In this document: piece by piece, positions 7,530-16,723 of the stretch
How the letters are laid out: each line of letters begins with the position of its first letter
How positions within the stretch are numbered: position 1 is the first letter of the stretch
Assembly: GCA_041667045.1 (NCBI GenBank)
Contig: JBAYFS010000001.1
Span: forward strand, 1 to 33,389
Origin: Elusimicrobiaceae bacterium
Lineage (GTDB): Bacteria; Elusimicrobiota; Elusimicrobia; Elusimicrobiales; Elusimicrobiaceae
Direction of reading: 5' to 3'
DNA length: 33,389 nt
Program-made: the position numbers and the translations under genes
The notes under the pieces: model-generated
Database searches by the model: none
The model's input: the letters and a program-made list of their open reading frames with translations, nothing else
Told to the model about the DNA's origin: nothing

Positions 7530-8135
7530 ATGAAAAAAATATACCTACTCGTATTTCTGTTGATCGCACTGGTGCTTCCCGGCATAGCCGCGGAATCAAA
7601 CGGCCAGTATATACTCAATCCGTTCACTGGAAAAATGGACTACTACGTCGGACACTTCGACAGTAAAACGGATTACTACGGAGTTGTTAAGGACACGACA
7701 ACCGGCAAAGCGGCAATGACGCTGTCCGGCTCATTGAGCATTGCCGCCAGCTCAAACACGCCGAGCACATACCCGATTGTCTTTGACGGCTCAACCGGAA
7801 ACTTAAAAGGAACGTCGCTAACTATTACCGGAAGCTCGTTCTCGCTCGCCACTTCGACATTGTCCTGCACCGCCGGGGTTTGCACGTTTGGCAACACGAT
7901 TGCCGGAAGCATATCTGGCAACGCCGCCACTGTTACGAACGGTTTGTATACCACCGGTGGAACCATGACGGGCAAACTAGGCTTGGCGGTAAAAACAAAA
8001 GCTGAGCTGGCGCTCATAACGCCCGCCGTCGGGGACGTGTATTTTTGCTCCGATACGACTCCCGCGCGCATAGCGGTTGCCACCGGAACTAGTGCCGGAA
8101 ACTTCGGCGACTCGATGGGGCTAACGTTGTATTAA
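7530..8135 (+). CDS. Fibre-like protein with an N-terminal signal-peptide-like leader
   Basis: 201 aa. Leader is MKKIYLLVFLLIALVLPGIAAE. The body is Thr/Ser/Gly-rich with the fibre-type motif NAATVTNGLYTTGGTMTGKL. The N-terminal module is paralogous to that of the 17576 fibre. Confidence 0.7.
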   Translation: MKKIYLLVFLLIALVLPGIAAESNGQYILNPFTGKMDYYVGHFDSKTDYYGVVKDTTTGKAAMTLSGSLSIAASSNTPSTYPIVFDGSTGNLKGTSLTITGSSFSLATSTLSCTAGVCTFGNTIAGSISGNAATVTNGLYTTGGTMTGKLGLAVKTKAELALITPAVGDVYFCSDTTPARIAVATGTSAGNFGDSMGLTLY

Positions 8136-8146
8136 GGATTACGAAA

Positions 8147-8569
8147 ATGGCATACGCAACAGTAGCTGAAGTTCAAAACTATTTTCAAAATGCAACCTTC
8201 GGGACGAGTGACCCTATCTCGTCCACAAAGGTGCAGTTCATGCTCGACAGCTGGGAAGCCATGATAAACATGCGGCTATCCCTTGTCTGCGCGACACCGG
8301 TTACTGACTCGGTGATTTCGAAAGTGGTTAAAGAAGTTCAAGTTAAGTTCGTTGCGAATGACATTGACAATATTCTCCGCGACAGAGGAAACTCCGTCGG
8401 GAAAAGCAATTCCGTAGAGAAAACTAGGGACCTGGGGAAAGAAGCCAACGAGAAACTTAACACGCTTTTTGAGTACCTGAAAACAGTTCGAGACGAAGCC
8501 AGAAACTTAGTGTCCTATAACAACGCCTCGGACGCGGTACCGGTATTTAAGCGGAGCACGGAGTATTAA
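8147..8569 (+). CDS. Head-tail adaptor/connector protein (gp6 / Mu gp36-like by size and position)
   Basis: 140 aa, starting MAYATVAEVQNYF as is typical of connector families. Lies in the neck-module position. Confidence 0.5.
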   Translation: MAYATVAEVQNYFQNATFGTSDPISSTKVQFMLDSWEAMINMRLSLVCATPVTDSVISKVVKEVQVKFVANDIDNILRDRGNSVGKSNSVEKTRDLGKEANEKLNTLFEYLKTVRDEARNLVSYNNASDAVPVFKRSTEY

Positions 8570-8571
8570 TC

Positions 8572-9066
8572 ATGGACGCGAAAAATATCAACATCGAACT
8601 ATCGCCAGAAAGCAAAGACCTTCTAAAGCGTCTTGGCGATGTTGATTTGATTCGCTTACGGAATGTGCTCGAAGGTATTGGCAACGATTTCAGGCAGAGC
8701 ATGAAGGGTTTCTTCTCAACGCCCGGAACGAGCCGCTGGGACGATTTGAAAGATTCTACGAAGAAGCAAAAGCAGCACCTTTTCGGAAGAGTCTATCCCA
8801 TTATGGTAGGTTCCGGGCGGTTGGCTGAGAGTTTTTACAACAAGGCCCACGCCGAGAATGTCAATCGTGTAACAGAAACCGCCGCGGAGTTCGGAACAGG
8901 CGTCTACTACGCGAGCTTTCACGAGTACGGCACACGGCGCATGGCTCAACGTCAGTTGATTACCCATGACGAAGTACAGTTTCGTCGCTGGCGCAGAATA
9001 ATCAACAACTACTTCGTGAAGATGTTTAAACGCAACGGCATTGACGTGAAAGGGGACATCGTATGA
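8572..9066 (+). CDS. Head-tail joining protein (HK97 gp10 / Mu G-like motif)
   Basis: 164 aa. The C-terminal motif GTGVYYASFHEYGTRRMAQRQLI resembles the YA..EfGT..m.ARPF signature of these families. Confidence 0.55.
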   Translation: MDAKNINIELSPESKDLLKRLGDVDLIRLRNVLEGIGNDFRQSMKGFFSTPGTSRWDDLKDSTKKQKQHLFGRVYPIMVGSGRLAESFYNKAHAENVNRVTETAAEFGTGVYYASFHEYGTRRMAQRQLITHDEVQFRRWRRIINNYFVKMFKRNGIDVKGDIV

Positions 9067-9527
9067 TTCGAGACACGGAAGAATTGTTACTTGCTATACG
9101 TGACGTTTTAGTTGATAGCCTGAACGCTCGGATAGTCGCCATTAACACGGAGAAGGGTGATAGCGCGTTAGATCAGGTGCCATGCGCCACTGCGCAGAAC
9201 ATCGCGGATCACTTCCGGTTTTCCATATCAGAACTACCGAACAAGGACCCGTTCGTAAACATCGCACTGGAAAAGTTGCGAAGCGACGCAAACGGAGACT
9301 GTTCGGCCGTCATGGCAACCGTTGTAGTTGAACTCGTTTTCAGGGACAAAAATAAGGGTAACGAGTATTTAAAATCTTTGAGGTATACGCGAGCAATAAA
9401 AGAAGCGCTTGAAAGTCAGGCATTGGAGCTTGGCTTAACGCTGGAAGAATTGATTCCCGTCACAGTTGACACTGGTGGCGTGTCTATTTTGGTCGGTGGG
9501 GTCAAGGCCTCAATTTCATTCGCATAG
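9063..9527 (+). CDS. Hypothetical neck/tail-completion protein
   Basis: 154 aa, with an ATGA overlap with the upstream gene. Lies between the head-tail joining and major tail genes. Confidence 0.55.
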   Translation: MIRDTEELLLAIRDVLVDSLNARIVAINTEKGDSALDQVPCATAQNIADHFRFSISELPNKDPFVNIALEKLRSDANGDCSAVMATVVVELVFRDKNKGNEYLKSLRYTRAIKEALESQALELGLTLEELIPVTVDTGGVSILVGGVKASISFA

Positions 9528-9539
9528 GAGCGAGTAATC

Positions 9540-9827
9540 ATGGCAGAGAAAGACGCAGAGATGCTGGAAAAAGTTCTAAACAACCGCGCGGTTAAAGCGA
9601 TTGACGTCGCCGACAATGGCGACAAAATACGCAGACCCTCGGTAACGTTTCAACGCCCTGACGGCGGATCGGTTGAGGTAAAAGACTTCTCCGGGAAAAA
9701 GCTCAGGGTCAGTAAATCAATAGTGAGAGGCGGGATTCAACAGCATATTCCGGCCGGCACAGGCTGGGCGGATATAGCGGCCGATTTGAAATACGCTATT
9801 CACTTCGAAGACAGTGATTTTGAATAA
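9540..9827 (+). CDS. Hypothetical phage protein
   Basis: 95 aa, with RBS AGGAG upstream. Confidence 0.5.
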   Translation: MAEKDAEMLEKVLNNRAVKAIDVADNGDKIRRPSVTFQRPDGGSVEVKDFSGKKLRVSKSIVRGGIQQHIPAGTGWADIAADLKYAIHFEDSDFE

Positions 9828-9839
9828 GGAGACATAAAA

Positions 9840-10721
9840 ATGGCAATAGAAAAAGTCAAAGACTTCTACGGCGCGAAATTCCTCATCCCCTACAGCAGAA
9901 CTACTGGTCTGCCGTTCGGAGTATTCCGCGTCCTGCAGGAAATAAATTTTGAGCGTAAGGTGGACTTCAAGGACCTCACCGGCGGTGACGCTCAAGGTGC
10001 TTGGGATACCGAGCTTGGACAGCCCGAAAACAGTCTGTCCGTTAAACTGAAAGAGTATCCCAATTTCGTCTTCTCGTTGTTTGAGGGGAACACTCCCACC
10101 GAAAACGCGGCAGAAGCCGCAGGGTATATCGGAACTCCGACCAATAAAGTCGGGACCTCTGTTATCAAGGCAACAACGGGCATTGCCTCAATCGCAGTAA
10201 AATCCGCAAAGATAGCCAACCTCCCGGCTGGCCGTCTTCTTTTAAAAGCCACTGCCGCGAACAAAATTCGCATATACTTGCTTGGCTTGCCTAAAGGCGA
10301 CGCCGCGTTCCAGAACATCGGAGGTGAAATAGCTTCCGCCGAGATAACCATTCCCAGTTCGAGCGGAACGGTTGACGTTGACGATCTGGGCTTAACCATT
10401 ACGGCGGGGTCCGGCACTGTTGCATTCACGGCCGACGACACTGCCTACGTGGATGTGCGCCCGGTCAACAGCGGCAGTATGTCTGTTGATGTCGGAGGCG
10501 TAACTGCCACGATGAGCGAGTTTGGCGCGATGGTCGTGTTCCCGCAGAAATCCGACGGCGCGATATTCTACATAGACATTTTCCGGGTTAAGGCATTCGG
10601 CGTGCCGTGGTCCGCAAAAATGCGCGAGTGGTCCGAATGGACTCTTAACGGAAAGGTGCTGGTTGACACGGCCAATAGCGACAAACTGTATCGCCTGTGT
10701 CAGACGTACCCCAACGCCTAA
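9840..10721 (+). CDS. Major tail (tube) protein, putative
   Basis: 293 aa, with a strong RBS (TAAGGAGA). It lies immediately 5' of the chaperone/tape-measure pair and is followed by a perfect hairpin. No sheath-sized gene is present, which suggests a non-contractile tail. Confidence 0.6.
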   Translation: MAIEKVKDFYGAKFLIPYSRTTGLPFGVFRVLQEINFERKVDFKDLTGGDAQGAWDTELGQPENSLSVKLKEYPNFVFSLFEGNTPTENAAEAAGYIGTPTNKVGTSVIKATTGIASIAVKSAKIANLPAGRLLLKATAANKIRIYLLGLPKGDAAFQNIGGEIASAEITIPSSSGTVDVDDLGLTITAGSGTVAFTADDTAYVDVRPVNSGSMSVDVGGVTATMSEFGAMVVFPQKSDGAIFYIDIFRVKAFGVPWSAKMREWSEWTLNGKVLVDTANSDKLYRLCQTYPNA

Positions 10722-10732
10722 TTTAAAGGCAA

Positions 10733-10758
10733 CCGGGCGGGCACAAAAACCCGCCCGG
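10733..10758 (+). terminator. Perfect 9-bp hairpin after the major tail gene
   Basis: CCGGGCGGG (10733-10741), loop cacaaaaa, CCCGCCCGG (10750-10758). No T-run follows, so it may act as an attenuator or stabiliser rather than a full terminator. Confidence 0.4.
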
Positions 10759-10779
10759 GAATAAACGCGAGGAGATTCT

Positions 10780-11118
10780 ATGGAATCGAACGAATTTTTT
10801 AAAGATTTTGAAGTAGAAATAAACGGCGCCAAACACAAGCTGAAATACAACCTGCAGAGTTGGCGGCTTATGGAAAGCAAGGGCATAACCCCGTCCAACA
10901 TCGAAAGCAAGATGGCGACGGAGCCCATGGGTACGCTTGCCATATTACTTTACTTCGGCGTGCCGAGCGAAGTCCGGGAAACGATAAGCATGGACAAATT
11001 CTGCGAAGGAATTGACATGACGCAGATCGGCGAAATGTCGAAGATAGCAGACTCCGCTATCAATCATGGCCTGCCTGACCAGAACCCGGAGAAGGTCGGA
11101 AAGAGTAAAAAAAAATAG
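10780..11118 (+). CDS. Tail assembly chaperone (gpG-like)
   Basis: 112 aa, directly upstream of the tape measure gene. It ends ...GKSKKK* on an A9 run. Confidence 0.7.
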   Translation: MESNEFFKDFEVEINGAKHKLKYNLQSWRLMESKGITPSNIESKMATEPMGTLAILLYFGVPSEVRETISMDKFCEGIDMTQIGEMSKIADSAINHGLPDQNPEKVGKSKKK

Positions 11119-11393
11119 GTTTTGAGGAAATCGTTGGACTGCTGGTCCTTTGCGCCGGCTATAAAATACACGAAATTGAGCAACTAACGTGGCGGGAAAT
11201 TGAAGCAATTCTAACCATGTATGGCCGGCTCAAAGACCAAGAAATGAGAGCCAATGCCATGTATATGGCGAAATCTGTAAACGTGGCACAGTGCGGGGAC
11301 GGCGATGCTATGGCGCGCTATATGCAACAACTCTCCGACGTAGAAGAAAAGAGCGAAGCTCCTACGATTGAAGATCAGTTCCAGGAATGGTAA
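10780..11393 (+). CDS. Tail assembly chaperone -1 frameshift product (gpGT-like)
   Basis: A9 run at 11107-11115. The -1 frame is open from 11109 to TAA at 11391-11393 and has no usable start of its own before 11217. My translation of the extension is IGFEEIVGLLVLCAGYKIHEIEQLTWREIEAILTMYGRLKDQEM...EDQFQEW. It ends at the tape-measure start. Confidence 0.6.
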
Positions 11394-13621
11394 TTATGGC
11401 CGACAATGAAATTGTATTCCGAGTTTTAGGTGACGCCGCGGCGCTTAAGTCTGAACTTAATAACGTCAGCGACGCGTTTAAAAAAGTAGGACAGATTGCA
11501 GGCGTGGCCTTTGCCGCGTCTGGTCTGGGTCTCGGACTCGCAATAAAAGCAGGGCAAGAAGCTGAGCGGAGCACCCGCGTTCTCGCCCAGGCCATACAAA
11601 ACCAAGGCCTTGAAGTGGCTAAGGTTTTGCCGCACCTTGAAGCCTATGCAGCCAACCTTATGCAGAAAAGTGGCGTCGACGACGAACAGATAAAACAAAT
11701 CGAAGCTACTTACCTTGCATACGGATTACAGGGAAAAGCTCTCGACGACCTGACTAAGGCCACGTTGGATTATGCGGCGGCCACTGGCAAAAATATCGAA
11801 ACAGCGTCTATGGTTGTCGGCGCGGCGATTGAAGGAGCTACCAACAAGATACGCGGCTTTAAATTGAACCTGGATAGCATTACAGACACAGAAACTCGCG
11901 CCGCGATGGTTACGGACGCGCTCGGACAGAAGTTTGAAGGACAGGCCGAAGCCGCTACAAAGGGATACGGCTCTATCACCTTACTTAAAGGAAATATCGG
12001 CGAACTCATAGAGGCTATCGGTCTACAGCTTCAGCCGGTGGTCGTGCGTATAACCAATACCTTAAACAACCTGGTTTATCTAATTCAGAGCAATCCGTTT
12101 CTCGTGAAGCTGGCTACGATGGCACTGACGGCCACCGCGGCACTTTCCGGCACGACGGTTGCTGTCGCCGGACTTGTTATAGGAATGAACACCTTGATCG
12201 TGACTACTATTCCGTCACTGATAAAGGCCTTTAAAGACATACAGGCCGTTTTAATTCTTTCTCCTCACCTTAGCGCCGTCATGATTACTATCGCGGCCAT
12301 CGCCGCGCTTGTGGCTATCCTGGGCACTATTTGGGTGACCAACGTTGGCGGGATACAGGAAAAGACACAACAGCTTGTGGAATTTCTCAAATTGGAGTTC
12401 GGCGGAACACTTAACGCTATTGGAAGTTGGTTTGTAAAGCTCGGCAACGATACTGCGACCGTTTTCGGGTACATTTGGGAGAAAGGAAAAGTTTTCGCCT
12501 CCGGTCTGCTCGATATCCTTACATATCCCATAAAAGGTTGGATTGAGCTTATAAATCTAGGGTTAGCCGCTCTCGGCAAGGACCCCATAGACATTAAGGC
12601 AGCATGGACGAGTCTTGCAAATCACATCGTAGGCGTATGGAATGAAGCCGGACTAAAAATCGCCAAAATAAAAGATAAAGCATCCAATCCGGGCAATGAT
12701 AATGGCGGCGGCATGTCCGATGCTGACCGCGCTGCCTTGAAATACGAGGAACAGCTTGCCACGGAACATCAGCAGGCGCTTATTACAATCAAGCGTGCAG
12801 GGCAAGACGAACTGGGCAACATAGACACAAACGCGAGAGCGCAAGAACTTGCCGCGATGCAACTTCAGTTTGCAAATGAACGCGAGGATAAGGTTTCCAA
12901 ACTTGAGTCTGAGCGTGAGTTTTTGGAGCAAAAAGGCATTTTATCTAAAGACAAAGCGCAAGAAATTCGGCTGGAGATAGACGCCATAAATACAGATTAT
13001 GACGCCCGTGAAGATGCGAGAAAGAACGCACAGCTTCAGAGTGAGCAGACCTTTGGAGGGAGAATGGCAAAGCTGAATGCAACTCTAAACCAACAGAAGG
13101 TTAAAAATTTCTCTGACACGATGGGAGTTATAGCGGGACTTCAGCAATCAAATAGCCAGACACTTGTTTCCATAGGTAAAGCTGCCGCTATGGCCGCTGC
13201 CACGATCAATATAGCGCAAGGAATCACTCAAACAATAGCTTGGTATCCTTTCCCGGTAAATATTGCGCTCGCTGCACTCGTGGGCGCGGCGGGCGCAGTT
13301 CAACTTGCTAACATCGCCGGGGTTTCGTTCGCCGTCGGCACAGACTTCGTCCCGGAAGATATGCCGGCCAATATCCACAGAGGTGAAATTATCGTTCCGG
13401 CAACGTTCTCGGACGCAATCCGCAGCGGCGCCCTTTCTCTTTCCGGCGGCTCGCATGATAGCACGACGAATAATAGCAATTCTGCCGTCAATGTCAGCGT
13501 GGTGGTTGAGGGAAATATTATCGGCACAACCGCCGAAGAGTTCGCAATTAAAGTACACGAAGTCCTGACCGAAAAGATAGGCGGAAGAATGCTTAATCCT
13601 CTGCCGTCGGGAGCCTTCTGA
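11387..13621 (+). CDS. Tail tape measure protein
   Basis: 744 aa, the largest tail ORF, directly after the G/GT pair. It has an alpha-helical/coiled N-terminus and central hydrophobic segments (LATMALTATAALSGTTVAVAGLVIG, AVMITIAAIAALVAILGTIWV). The alternative start at 11396 has better RBS spacing. Confidence 0.9.
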   Translation: MVIMADNEIVFRVLGDAAALKSELNNVSDAFKKVGQIAGVAFAASGLGLGLAIKAGQEAERSTRVLAQAIQNQGLEVAKVLPHLEAYAANLMQKSGVDDEQIKQIEATYLAYGLQGKALDDLTKATLDYAAATGKNIETASMVVGAAIEGATNKIRGFKLNLDSITDTETRAAMVTDALGQKFEGQAEAATKGYGSITLLKGNIGELIEAIGLQLQPVVVRITNTLNNLVYLIQSNPFLVKLATMALTATAALSGTTVAVAGLVIGMNTLIVTTIPSLIKAFKDIQAVLILSPHLSAVMITIAAIAALVAILGTIWVTNVGGIQEKTQQLVEFLKLEFGGTLNAIGSWFVKLGNDTATVFGYIWEKGKVFASGLLDILTYPIKGWIELINLGLAALGKDPIDIKAAWTSLANHIVGVWNEAGLKIAKIKDKASNPGNDNGGGMSDADRAALKYEEQLATEHQQALITIKRAGQDELGNIDTNARAQELAAMQLQFANEREDKVSKLESEREFLEQKGILSKDKAQEIRLEIDAINTDYDAREDARKNAQLQSEQTFGGRMAKLNATLNQQKVKNFSDTMGVIAGLQQSNSQTLVSIGKAAAMAAATINIAQGITQTIAWYPFPVNIALAALVGAAGAVQLANIAGVSFAVGTDFVPEDMPANIHRGEIIVPATFSDAIRSGALSLSGGSHDSTTNNSNSAVNVSVVVEGNIIGTTAEEFAIKVHEVLTEKIGGRMLNPLPSGAF

Positions 13622-14421
13622 TGAGCGGGACGAAATTCTTTGATTATAATTACGCTCTGCAAGCATTCGGCGGCGCCGTTATTGCTTCATCCAACGATAC
13701 CAAGAAATGGTACGCCTTCGACGGGAATAAGCGCACCCGTTGGATAACCAGTGGCGAAGCCACGGACGGCGACGCGGTCAGCATTGAGCGTGATTTTCAA
13801 ACAAACAGAGTTGTGCGCTGTCTATTTGTATACGATACAAACATTTCAGACATCGCTTTTTATTATTGGAATGGAACCGCGTATGTGGAGTTCCAGGACG
13901 GTGTGAATTGCGAAATTATTAAGTCCACTGACTATAAGCATATTTACGTGGAAGCCGCGGCGAACATTACGACGGCCAAGATAAAAATAACCGGCAGCGC
14001 GACGCTTACGGCGAATCAGGAAAAATACATCGGCCTTTTCCATTCGTTTAAATTGTTGGGCGCGCTGGCTTACCCCATAGCGTTAAATCCTACGCGCAAT
14101 CTTGAACAGGTAAAGCATAAACTGGACAACGCCAAGTATTTCATAATCGACAAGGGCGAGGCCGCCGAGTTCAGTTTGAAAATAAAATCGCACATCAATC
14201 AGGCTGACATAGACCTGCTCGAGGCGCTGAAAGAACGGAAGGCCGAGTTTTATATTTGGCCAAACGGTGCGGATGAAAGCCAGTTTACTTACAGTTTTGC
14301 GCCCTATCGCTTTAAAGATTTATACAAAGTCTGCCTGGTTGATAAGTTTTCACCGGAATATACTGGCAACTATTACCGAGCCGGACTTAACGACACGCTG
14401 AAAATGGTTGAGGTTGATTAA
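13621..14421 (+). CDS. Distal tail protein with N-terminal galactose-binding (F5/8 type C-like) domain
   Basis: 266 aa with a TGATG overlap with the tape measure gene. The N-terminus VIASSNDTKKWYAFDGNKRTRWITSGEATDGDAVSIERDF fits the discoidin-type pattern (from memory). Confidence 0.6.
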   Translation: MSGTKFFDYNYALQAFGGAVIASSNDTKKWYAFDGNKRTRWITSGEATDGDAVSIERDFQTNRVVRCLFVYDTNISDIAFYYWNGTAYVEFQDGVNCEIIKSTDYKHIYVEAAANITTAKIKITGSATLTANQEKYIGLFHSFKLLGALAYPIALNPTRNLEQVKHKLDNAKYFIIDKGEAAEFSLKIKSHINQADIDLLEALKERKAEFYIWPNGADESQFTYSFAPYRFKDLYKVCLVDKFSPEYTGNYYRAGLNDTLKMVEVD

Positions 14422-16067
14422 TGACGTTGACCAATAAACAGATATTCGCTCGCTACTCGCAGATAGAATGGTTCCGGCGCGTTTATGTTAAACGCTTCCT
14501 GGCTAATCCTTCTTATGGCGCGGAAGCCGTTTTAAACGGTTCCTTTGGTGCGGATACTGATTGGCTAGAGGGCGCCGGATGGAGTATCGCCGGAGGCAAA
14601 GCAAGCAAAGTCAGCGGCACGGCCAGTAATCTGCAACAAGACATTAACATGATTGTGGGCCGTCGCTATCGGATAGCCTTCACCATCAGCAACTATGCAA
14701 CGGGCGCCATTACTCCACAGATAGGTTCCGACGGAATCGGCGCAGCGGTTGCCGGCGACGGCACGTATACGCAGGATCTGATATGCGTGGGGGACGGCGT
14801 GCTGTATCTGGCCGCCAATGCAACATTTGCCGGCGACATAGACAGTGTATCGGCAACCGAAATTTTTGACTACGAAGACGATTGGCAGGATATATCATCT
14901 TATCTGAAAGGCGACGGTGTCGGTTCAATTTCAAAAAGCCTGCCCAGCGACAGCTATTCATTCGGTGGAGTGACGGTCGGTAACGCTAATATCGAATTTA
15001 TAAACCTGCACGGAGAAATGTCGGACGAGTCGAATCCTAATAGCTTTTTTCATGGATACATACGTCATTATTCGCAACTCAAAATCGTTGAAGGCTACGT
15101 TGATAAATATACTGACCCGGACAACCAGATAGAAGTAGAGGATATCTCTTTCCACGGGCTCATTGACGATACGACAGCAGTCACGACCGAGAACAACACG
15201 GAAAAAGTAACCGCCAAAGACTTGCTTACTCTGCTTGAAGATAAAACCATAAGCGACATCGGTGCGCTGACGGCAACCACAGTCAATGGTCTTGTTTATG
15301 AAATAATGAGCCGGGGCTACTTTACCAAATACTTTCAGGTCCTTCCTGAAAACGTCTCGGCCGGGTACAACACCTCAAGCATAGACACGACGCAGTGGGA
15401 CAGTGGAATGAAGGTCATGGATGTCTTAAAAGATTTGGCTTACGGGCATAGCATTTTTTATGTCGACGACGAGGTGTTCTATTTTAAGGCCGCAGAACCC
15501 ACGCCCGCGACGAAGCAAGAATTTCTGATGAATCCCGAGCGCAAGATAAAAGTTTACGACTACCGTAGCGGCTCAAATAATATCATTGAAAATTGGTACT
15601 GGTCGGATACAACTCCGGCGATTAAATACAACAGCACCACTTCGACGCTTTTTAAAACCTCGGAAGAGATAAGTATTTCATGTATAACAGACTCGACGGA
15701 ACGGCAGAATCTTATTAATTATATCGGCGCAAAAACCGAGCAGAAATTAATCAGCTTCAAAATTGATCTTCCATACTCCCCTTTTTTAAATATTCTTGAC
15801 CGCATAAAAGTGCAACGGTTCGGCTATGCGCCGGAAGACGCTTTCATCCTGGGGATAGGCAGGCTCGGTATTGACCGACTACGCCTTGCTGTCGGTGCGG
15901 TGAAAATATCATACGCCGATGATTTTATTATTTGGGAAGTTAAACACGATAAGCAGAAAACCACTATTCTCGTTAGGAAACTGGCTTACGAAGCCCCGGC
16001 GCTGCTTACCGAAGATGAAGAATATTTATTGTCCGAAGATGGTTACAGAATTTTGTTGGAGGCGTAA
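14421..16067 (+). CDS. Tail tip/hub-type structural protein with a CBM-like insertion
   Basis: 548 aa with a TAATG overlap. The N-terminal segment LNGSFGADTDWLEGAGWSIAGGKASKVSG...YRIAFTISNYATG resembles carbohydrate-binding (CBM4/9-like) modules common in phage tail proteins. Confidence 0.6.
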   Translation: MTLTNKQIFARYSQIEWFRRVYVKRFLANPSYGAEAVLNGSFGADTDWLEGAGWSIAGGKASKVSGTASNLQQDINMIVGRRYRIAFTISNYATGAITPQIGSDGIGAAVAGDGTYTQDLICVGDGVLYLAANATFAGDIDSVSATEIFDYEDDWQDISSYLKGDGVGSISKSLPSDSYSFGGVTVGNANIEFINLHGEMSDESNPNSFFHGYIRHYSQLKIVEGYVDKYTDPDNQIEVEDISFHGLIDDTTAVTTENNTEKVTAKDLLTLLEDKTISDIGALTATTVNGLVYEIMSRGYFTKYFQVLPENVSAGYNTSSIDTTQWDSGMKVMDVLKDLAYGHSIFYVDDEVFYFKAAEPTPATKQEFLMNPERKIKVYDYRSGSNNIIENWYWSDTTPAIKYNSTTSTLFKTSEEISISCITDSTERQNLINYIGAKTEQKLISFKIDLPYSPFLNILDRIKVQRFGYAPEDAFILGIGRLGIDRLRLAVGAVKISYADDFIIWEVKHDKQKTTILVRKLAYEAPALLTEDEEYLLSEDGYRILLEA

Positions 16068-16714
16068 TGGCAAAACAGATAAACGCAAAAGTTTTTGTAG
16101 ATAGCGAAGTGCTTGAAGCGGCGGATTTAAACCAGAGTCTTACCGACCTCGGCAACGTCGAATCATCGGTTCCTTACGATTCAGGAAAGCAGCAGGTTGT
16201 TGATGGCAGTGTCGATATCGGAAAAGCCGCGACTCCGTGGGGAGACCTGTATTTAAAAAATACAGGAAAAATAAAGATGGTTGATCCCATCACGCACACG
16301 GTGGTCAGCACCTTCGACCCTGCAGGCGGCGGCCTGACGTGGACGAAATATACGCTTGGATACGCAACGCTCTCTGCGGCCGCACTTGTAAACAGCGCTG
16401 ACCTTTTTACGCTAGCGGCCGGGCAGATAATCCACGCCGTAAAAATTAAGCATAGTGCGCAGTTCGCCGGCGGAGCCATCACGGAATATTACATCAGTGT
16501 CGGGTTGGTCGGAAATACGTCCAAATACGCGCCGGAATATGCCGGCCATGCAGCCGTTGCGGACGACACATTTGACATTAACCTGGGCCTATTCGGAGAG
16601 AATAACGCTTCCGGCACGGCAGTTAAGGTGACAGCGCGCAGCGTTGGCGCAAATTTGGACACAGCAAGCCAGGGCAGTGTTGATATTTGGGTTTTAACAT
16701 CTTTAGCGGTTTAA
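16067..16714 (+). CDS. Hypothetical tail/fibre-module protein
   Basis: 215 aa with a TAATG overlap with the upstream gene. No family was recognised. Confidence 0.55.
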   Translation: MAKQINAKVFVDSEVLEAADLNQSLTDLGNVESSVPYDSGKQQVVDGSVDIGKAATPWGDLYLKNTGKIKMVDPITHTVVSTFDPAGGGLTWTKYTLGYATLSAAALVNSADLFTLAAGQIIHAVKIKHSAQFAGGAITEYYISVGLVGNTSKYAPEYAGHAAVADDTFDINLGLFGENNASGTAVKVTARSVGANLDTASQGSVDIWVLTSLAV

Positions 16715-16723
16715 GGAGAATTT

